Shown here piece after piece: positions 17,389 to 20,000 of a stretch of 20,000 nt of DNA (the stretch's first letter is position 1; each line of letters opens with the position of its first letter). The stretch comes from an uncultured virus (IMG/VR IMGVR_UViG_3300044638_009799) (Duplodnaviria > Heunggongvirae > Uroviricota > Caudoviricetes). The stretch lies in IMG/VR virus record IMGVR_UViG_3300044638_009799. One strand, 5' to 3'. The notes beneath the pieces were generated by a model. The model ran no database searches and was not told where the DNA came from. It saw only the letters and a list, made by a program, of their open reading frames with translations. The translations under genes were made by a program, and so were the position numbers.

Positions 17389-17420
17389 CCAAAGTAGGAC
17401 AGAAGCCTTCGGTCGAAGGT
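17376..17420. other. Two adjacent hairpins between convergent genes (SECIS-like element and/or terminator)
   Basis: ctgtcctactt-gacca-aagtaggacag (11-bp stem, 17376-17402) and gccttc-ggtc-gaaggt (17405-17420). Confidence 0.7.
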
Positions 17421-17422
17421 AA

Positions 17423-17851
17423 TTATTCTGAAATTACTGAATCAATAACAGAAGTTTTGGTCACAATCATTCTTCCTCGAATTCTTTCTGCATAAGACTT
17501 GCAGAAAGCTTTCATTTTAACAATCACATTATCATTTTTATCATTTTCTTTAGAAGAAAACTTTGGTTCTTTTAACCTAATACTTTTGTTATCACTAATT
17601 TCAAAAAAAACAATATTAATATTATCCAAAAATTGATTATCAATTATTTGTACACTTGGATTAGAGGAAACAATCCAATTAATACTTTCAAGATATAATG
17701 TTTTGTTGGCAAGTTGTTTTGCAAGCTCTACTTCATCAATCTTTGGACCAGATGTTGGCGGCGTTTTAGCTGTTACTAAAATCATAATACCTAAAAGCGT
17801 CAACGAATGAAAACTCAAAAATAAATATCTCCAAAATCCGTGACAATTCAT
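17423..17851 (-). CDS. Hypothetical membrane-anchored protein
   Basis: ATG 17851 with GGAGG SD; N-terminal hydrophobic helix YLFLSFHSLTLLGIMILVTA. Confidence 0.7.
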   Translation of the reverse strand: MNCHGFWRYLFLSFHSLTLLGIMILVTAKTPPTSGPKIDEVELAKQLANKTLYLESINWIVSSNPSVQIIDNQFLDNINIVFFEISDNKSIRLKEPKFSSKENDKNDNVIVKMKAFCKSYAERIRGRMIVTKTSVIDSVISE

Positions 17852-17879
17852 AAGCACCTCCACTTTAAATTAGTGGAAG

Positions 17880-18749
17880 TTATGCATAAAAGTCATTAAT
17901 CTTCTGTTGCCACTCAGTTTGTTCCCGTTTATTATCAGAGCAAATATCCGATAATTTAGATTGTTCAACATTGTCTTTTAAAGATTGAGACAGAGATTCT
18001 ACTTCCAATCGTGTTAACTTCATAGCTCCACGCATTGGATGATAATCATTCCAAGCTTCAATCGTATATGGGATCAAAGGCGTAATAAGCTTGAGAATAG
18101 CATCAGCATACACCCTAATTTCCTTCTGAGCGTGTGCATCTGCCCGAAGAGACAAAAGATGCAACAAATTATGTAAGTTTTGTTTCCAGTACCATTCTGT
18201 ATAAAGATTAAGCGGCAAAACCATTCTGGCTTGTTCTCTTGAAACACCAGCATCTAACATTTGCAAATAAACAGAATATGCATCTTTGCAGCTTAAATCA
18301 ATTTTATCAACAAATTCTTGAGATGTTTCCTTGTCCAAAATCTCTTCACCACCTTGCTTATTAGTTTTTGATTGTTTGCGTAAATCTTCAACATCAGGAA
18401 TATAAAATTCATCCTTCATGACAGAATATCTTCCTGAAATTTCATTGAGCGACACAGTTCTGTGCCTTATCATTTGTCTAGCAATGAAGATAGGCATTTT
18501 CATGTGTAGCTTAAAATCAATTCCCTCGAATGGAGAAGTGTGATTGTGTCTTAGAAGATAACGTATTAATCCTTTATCTTCATTTACAGATTTTGTTCCA
18601 TCTCCATAACTAACCCTTGCCATCTGAGCAATTGCATAATCACATGTTTGTCCATCAGGAACAATTCTTGGCATGACATCAATTAATTTTACAAAACCTT
18701 TATCAAGGCATTGAACTTCTTTAATAGGAACTAAATCAAGTGCGTCCAT
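17880..18749 (-). CDS. thyX: FAD-dependent thymidylate synthase ThyX
   Basis: ARVSY, HTSPFE, PIFIARQMIRHRTVSLNEISGRY (RHRx7S), REQARMVLP, NLHNLLHLLSLR, HAQKEIR. Confidence 0.97.
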   Translation of the reverse strand: MDALDLVPIKEVQCLDKGFVKLIDVMPRIVPDGQTCDYAIAQMARVSYGDGTKSVNEDKGLIRYLLRHNHTSPFEGIDFKLHMKMPIFIARQMIRHRTVSLNEISGRYSVMKDEFYIPDVEDLRKQSKTNKQGGEEILDKETSQEFVDKIDLSCKDAYSVYLQMLDAGVSREQARMVLPLNLYTEWYWKQNLHNLLHLLSLRADAHAQKEIRVYADAILKLITPLIPYTIEAWNDYHPMRGAMKLTRLEVESLSQSLKDNVEQSKLSDICSDNKREQTEWQQKINDFYA

Positions 18750-18773
18750 TGTATCACCCTCTAAGATTTTATT

Positions 18774-18801
18774 ATTATAATGTAGAAGATAATAAATGCA
18801 A
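18774..18801 (-). promoter_or_regulatory. Sigma70-type promoter for thyX
   Basis: Minus strand TTGCAT (18801-18796), 16-nt spacer, TATAAT (18779-18774); GAGGG SD follows. Confidence 0.6.
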
Positions 18802-18803
18802 AT

Positions 18804-18834
18804 AAAAAAGCGGAGGTTTTTAGGAAACCCCCGC
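18804..18834 (-). terminator. Rho-independent terminator
   Basis: GCGGGGGTTT-CCTAA-AAACCTCCGC (10-bp stem with one G-U pair) followed by TTTTTT. Confidence 0.8.
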
Positions 18835-18899
18835 CAGAAAAACCTGACATATGTCTATTAAAATTTTTTTACTTATTTATATTAGGATTTTAACATTAA

Positions 18900-18915
18900 G
18901 GAGATCGAAACCTCC
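18900..18915 (-). terminator. UUCG-tetraloop hairpin downstream of the 18945 gene
   Basis: GGAGGT-TTCG-ATCTCC followed by TTAATGTT; weak U-tract. Confidence 0.5.
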
Positions 18916-18944
18916 ACAAGTATGTATGCAGCAACACATTATTT

Positions 18945-19511
18945 TTAATCTGGTCTAATAACTCCTCTTTGTGGAATTGGTATATTTGGATTAAGTGGTC
19001 GAATTCTTTTTTCAGATTGTTGATACATATTATGAGTTGCTGCTATGCTATCTTCAATTTCTTGTAATGCTTTTTGAATACTGTCAGAAATTTCTTGACC
19101 TTGTTTAGTTTGTTTCAAAGAAGGACTATTTTTAATAGCATTAGAATAATCAACAAGAGCAGTCTGTAGCTCTAAGTACTTTCTTTTAATGTCTTTCTGA
19201 TCATCAGCATTCTGACCAAATATCGCTTTCCCAAGTCCTGTAGTAGTATCCATAGCTCCTTTGCTAATAGCATCCATAGCTCCTATGGCAGCACCTTTGA
19301 ATCCTTCTCCATCCTTAACTCTTTTTTCAATAGCATCCTTAACTCCTACGATAGTGTTTCTAGTTCCTTGTCCTACAGCTTTACCAGCATCACGCATTTT
19401 ATTGTTAACACCTGATCCGTCAAGAAATCCATCAATGAATGGATTTATTACGCCTTGTTCCTGAACAAGAGATATTTTTTTATTTTTTAAAAAATTATAA
19501 AATGTTTTCAC
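18945..19511 (-). CDS. Hypothetical protein with MKTFYNFL leader (putative virion internal protein)
   Basis: Likely GTG start at 19511 with GGAG SD 6 nt upstream; LVQEQG followed by a Gly/Ala-rich segment and a helical C-terminal domain. Confidence 0.75.
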   Translation of the reverse strand: MKTFYNFLKNKKISLVQEQGVINPFIDGFLDGSGVNNKMRDAGKAVGQGTRNTIVGVKDAIEKRVKDGEGFKGAAIGAMDAISKGAMDTTTGLGKAIFGQNADDQKDIKRKYLELQTALVDYSNAIKNSPSLKQTKQGQEISDSIQKALQEIEDSIAATHNMYQQSEKRIRPLNPNIPIPQRGVIRPD

Positions 19512-19542
19512 TATTAACTCCAATTATTTTATTGTAGATAAA

Positions 19543-20000
19543 TCATCTCGTGTTTTGCCGAATAGCGTTTCCAAGCTCTTTCAAATCGTCATTAATGCCG
19601 TTAACAAGATCATTAACCTGCTGATTCCTCGCATAAACAGGATTACTTCTTAAGATATTAGCATAATTATTAAGAGTGGCTTGAATCTGTCGATGATTTC
19701 TAGTAATAGCTTGTCCATATCGAGCTTGTTGTTGTCCTTGTTGTTGTCCTTGTTGTTGTCCTTGTTGTTGTCCTTGTTGTTGTCCTTGTTGTTGTCCTTG
19801 TTGTTGTCCTTGTTGTTGTCCTTGTTGTTGTCCTTGTTGTTGTCCTTGTTGTCGTCCTTGTTGTCGTCCTTGTCGTCGTTGTCGTCCTTGTTGTTGTCCT
19901 TGTTGTTGTCCTTGTTGTTGTCCTTGTTGTTGTCCTTGTTGTTGTCCTTGTTGTTGTCCTTGTTGTTGTCCTTGTTGTTGTCCTTGTTGTTGTCCTTGTT
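19543..20000 (-). CDS. Gln-rich repeat protein, 5'-truncated by the window edge; paralogue of the downstream gene; not in the ORF track
   Basis: Open frame ...(QQQG)n-QQQARYGQAITRNHRQIQATLNNYANILRSNPVYARNQQVNDLVNGINDDLKELGNAIRQNTR*, TGA at 19545-19543. Confidence 0.8.
   Translation of the reverse strand, partial: QGQQQGQQQGQQQGQQQGQQQGQQQGQQQGQQQGQQQGRQRRQGRQQGRQQGQQQGQQQGQQQGQQQGQQQGQQQGQQQGQQQGQQQGQQQARYGQAITRNHRQIQATLNNYANILRSNPVYARNQQVNDLVNGINDDLKELGNAIRQNTR
19726..20000. repeat. 12-bp tandem repeat (TTGTTGTTGTCC)n, about 22 units, encoding QQQG on the minus strand
   Basis: Directly visible. A few CAA->CGA (Q->R) variants and one 18-bp unit near 19850-19890. Continues past the window end. 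Confidence 0.95.

Noticed and set aside
19726..20000. Possible CRISPR array
   Set aside because: Head-to-tail 12-bp units with no unique spacers; in-frame coding repeat; no cas genes in the window.
1..20000. Genome-wide stop-codon reassignment (code 15 or code 4/25)
   Set aside because: Conserved genes (prkA, spoVR, hldE, thyX) are full length in code 11, and several TGA stops form ATGA/TGATG couplings. Only the 17386 TGA is a context-specific candidate.
1..20000. Eukaryotic giant virus (NCLDV) origin suggested by the ankyrin and low GC
   Set aside because: Shine-Dalgarno sites, sigma70 promoters, overlapping operons, DnaE and rho-independent terminators indicate a bacterial expression system.
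1..20000. tRNA, rRNA or transposase genes
   Set aside because: No recognisable cloverleaf, rRNA or transposase motifs seen; intergenic gaps are mostly too short.

Overview
AT-rich, gene-dense 20 kb segment that reads like a large (jumbo/huge) phage genome rather than a cellular chromosome. This is an inference from T4-late-like (A/T)ATAAATA motifs, several proteins with T4 internal-protein-like N-termini, ThyX, an isolated DnaE fragment and scattered host-type auxiliary genes; no capsid or terminase gene is in the window. Contents in order: 3' part of a short-repeat ankyrin protein; an N-terminal-only DnaE (intact PHP, ending just before the catalytic PDID motif) with a near-consensus sigma70 promoter; a sugar/choline kinase + NTP-transferase pair and a putative glycosyltransferase; a contiguous prkA(yeaG)-yeaH-spoVR operon preceded by an FmdB-type zinc-ribbon gene; low-complexity proteins with M-x-[TS]-F-x-x-F-[LI]-like leaders; bifunctional hldE; a four-gene operon with a papain-like C1 peptidase; thyX; and two tandem paralogues, one with a (QQQG)n tract running off the window end. 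The most striking unexplained signal is the last gene of the peptidase operon, which ends C-P-T-TGA-P-K-TAG with a SECIS-like hairpin downstream, suggesting a CxxU selenoprotein. All calls come from motif reading by eye; no database searches were run.
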